Positions 62,412 to 64,000 of a stretch of DNA of 64,000 nucleotides are shown piece after piece (positions within the stretch are counted from its first letter, which is position 1; each line of letters opens with the position of its first letter). The notes beneath the pieces are model-generated. The model made no database searches. It was not told the DNA's origin and saw only the letters and a program-made list of their open reading frames with translations. A program made the translations under genes and the position numbers. The DNA is from an uncultured Spirochaetales bacterium (lineage in GTDB: Bacteria > Myxococcota_A > UBA9160 > UBA6930). The stretch is taken from NCBI GenBank assembly GCA_964501435.1, contig CAZCTH010000005.1, positions 22,507-86,506 on the forward strand. Reading direction: 5' to 3'.

Positions 62412-62641
62412 GCCCGCCAAACGCGCTCTCGGCGCCCTCTTTCTCCGCGTGCTGCCGTACGGCGACTGATTCGTCCGCTTCACCGACACTCCGACGTCGG
62501 CGGCCTTGGAGGGCACGACCGCTTCCGCTCGTGCGAGGCTGAGGCCGATGGCTCTCGTCCGGAGGTTCCCCGTGCGCCTGCGGCCGCCCCGTTCCGGCAG
62601 GGGAAGCCCCGTCTTGTCAAGTAGTGGCACGCCCGACGCCG

Positions 62642-63361
62642 TCAAGGCGCCGCTGCGCTCATCTCCGGCGAATCGATCGCAGCCTTTGGAAAGGTCACGC
62701 GCACTTCGGAGAGTTTTACCGCCGCCAGGACTTGGGAAGGGTCGAATGGCGGGAAGAAGCGGCCGTCGATCCGCGCTGAGACGAGTCTCGCGGCGTGGAT
62801 CTTTCCGCTTCCGCTCGGCGTCACCGTGAAACGGCGGCCGTCGACGACGTGAGTCAGCGTGCGGAGCCGAGCGGGGACGAGCCCGGAAAGCAGCGGAACA
62901 CGGAAGGCATAGTGCCGCAGCGTGAGCTCGACGGCTGGCTGGTCCGAAACGAGCATGCGGATCCGGTCGTACCGGTCCTTGCCGTACTCAACCTCGAATC
63001 GAGCCAGCTCCTTGGGCATGCCCCAATTGCGGTGGCCGTTGAGCACGCTCGCGGGGCTCGACACGTAGATCTTCGTGATCGACCAGTGGTCCTGTCCGAC
63101 ACCCCTGAACGCGCCCGGAATGAGCAAGAGCTCGCGGTAAGGCCCGACCGGCGAGCTCGCATAGTCGACGAACATCGCGTACGCGTAGCGCCCGGTTCGG
63201 AACGGACGCATTGCCTCCGGCGTGAAGCTCTGAGTGTCGAGCGAAAACCTGGGAAGACGCAACACGAGGATGTATCCCGAAGCCGCTAGCTCCCACGGAG
63301 CCGACACGTCGGGAACTTCGGCAGCCTCGCCGCCGCTAGACGTTCCCGTATCGCTCTGCAT
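62642..63361 (-). CDS. acetoacetate decarboxylase (ADC)-like family protein
   Basis: Starts at MQSDTGTS. YAMFVDYASSPVGPYRELLLIPG and HRNWGMPKE resemble the ADC-like beta-cone family. Confidence 0.6.
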   Translation of the reverse strand: MQSDTGTSSGGEAAEVPDVSAPWELAASGYILVLRLPRFSLDTQSFTPEAMRPFRTGRYAYAMFVDYASSPVGPYRELLLIPGAFRGVGQDHWSITKIYVSSPASVLNGHRNWGMPKELARFEVEYGKDRYDRIRMLVSDQPAVELTLRHYAFRVPLLSGLVPARLRTLTHVVDGRRFTVTPSGSGKIHAARLVSARIDGRFFPPFDPSQVLAAVKLSEVRVTFPKAAIDSPEMSAAAP

Positions 63362-64000
63362 GATGTTCCCGCGCCTGCGCAGCCAGGATTGCACCGCCGA
63401 CACGGGTCCTGTCTCGCGTGTCGGGCGTCGCTGTCGGCTTGACAGAGTTCGCAGTGAAGAACCGCCAGAAGCCGTGTGTTGCGATATGGCGGAACCTTGC
63501 TCGCTCCGCGAGGCAGCGCACTGTCCGCTGCGGCACGAAGTGCGGGTCGGGGAACATCTCCGTGATCGAGAGGACACCCCCCACTCTCAGCGCGTCGAAG
63601 CTGCGCTGCAGCGCTCCTTCTCGGTCGGGGATCTCGCCGAGGGTGAGCGCCAAGAAGACCACGTCGAACTCACCGGGGGGTACGGTCGTCGCGGCGTCGC
63701 CCACGATGCCCGTGAGGTTTTCCACCCCGGCCTCCGCGGCCCTCGACCGCAGGCGGTCGATCATGCGAGGCTGAATGTCCAAGCCCACCACCTCGCCCTT
63801 CGGCTCAACCCGTCGCGCCGCCGGGATGAGAAGCCTCCCAGGGCCTGGGCCTAGCTCGAGCACGCGCTGGCCAGGCCGGAGGCCGATCCTATCGAGTGTC
63901 TTCTCGGTGCCATAGATCCACGTAACCCACGGGCTCTCGAACCCCCACGAGAGCCAGGCGGGATACGGAAGGGACCACCGGCGGCTCGCCCCGCGCCAGA
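63336..64000 (-). CDS. class I SAM-dependent methyltransferase (5' end outside the window or undetermined)
   Basis: The reading frame stays open from 63863 to the window edge (...LDRIGLRPGQRVLELGPGPGRLL is motif I). Also VVGLDIQPRM and LRVGGVLSITE. The 3' end overlaps the ADC-like gene start by 26 nt. Confidence 0.7.
   Translation of the reverse strand, partial: WRGASRRWSLPYPAWLSWGFESPWVTWIYGTEKTLDRIGLRPGQRVLELGPGPGRLLIPAARRVEPKGEVVGLDIQPRMIDRLRSRAAEAGVENLTGIVGDAATTVPPGEFDVVFLALTLGEIPDREGALQRSFDALRVGGVLSITEMFPDPHFVPQRTVRCLAERARFRHIATHGFWRFFTANSVKPTATPDTRDRTRVGGAILAAQAREHHAERYGNV

Noticed and set aside
61917-62645. 242-aa minus-strand ORF overlapping DUF2274, the hypothetical gene and the gap
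   Set aside because: It is antisense to plus-strand ORFs that show high GC3 and 4-nt translational coupling to trbI. No motifs were seen. It cannot be fully excluded for the 62412-62645 portion.
1-64000. Search by eye for CRISPR arrays, long tandem or interspersed DNA repeats, tRNA/rRNA genes, IS elements or transposases, integrases, reverse transcriptases, and an obvious compositional island boundary
   Set aside because: None was found. All gaps are 230 nt or shorter, no T-loop-like GGTTCGAATCC-type sequence occurs outside coding regions, and GC content looks uniform apart from a short AT-richer patch (TTCTATATGGATA, about 49618-49630) in the cusC/G6PD-like divergent promoter region. A computational repeat and tRNA scan would be needed to be certain.

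Overview
This is a high-GC (roughly 68-70% by eye), gene-dense bacterial segment with about 59 supportable CDS. I found no rRNA, tRNA, CRISPR array, IS element, integrase or recognisable transcription factor.

Layout:
- 0-12.4 kb: redox and copper genes. These are a His-bearing membrane protein plus a heptahaem cytochrome, an SRPBCC protein, glucokinase, and copA/copB with a Met/His-rich periplasmic protein. They are followed by an ICMT-like methyltransferase plus DUF2933-like pair, MgtC, and a cytochrome c / Rieske / cytochrome b-c operon with an outer-membrane porin translationally coupled into it.
- 12.4-13.8 kb: an orphan nuclease-like gene.
- 13.9-27.2 kb: an 11-gene minus-strand array built around an HME-RND efflux pump (TolC-MFP-RND). 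It also holds a cupredoxin lipoprotein, three secreted paralogues of an unrecognised helical family, a patatin phospholipase with a C-terminal YHS domain, and an alpha-glucan phosphorylase with an N-terminal YHS domain.
- 27.4-39.3 kb: a glycogen / PPi-PFK / phosphoketolase / acetate kinase block (ppsA, GT4 synthase, two GH57, pfp, ackA, xfp).
- 39.4-52.3 kb: LOG, TerC, a second cusCBA operon ending in a P2-type ATPase, a G6PD homologue lacking all catalytic signature residues, and a methyltransferase plus Met-rich membrane protein.
- 52.5-62.4 kb: a complete Trb-type (P-type) T4SS mating-pair-formation operon, trbB-C-D-E-J-(K)-L-F-G-I plus DUF2274, with no coupling protein or relaxase in view.
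- 62.6-64 kb: an acetoacetate-decarboxylase-like gene and a 5'-truncated methyltransferase.

My best candidate for an undescribed system is the metal-efflux array that attaches YHS (TRASH-type) metal-binding modules to a lipase and a glycogen phosphorylase and carries the three-member secreted helical family. All functional calls rest on motif recognition by eye; no database search was run. Many long ORFs in the supplied track are alternative-frame or antisense artefacts of the high GC content and were not called.
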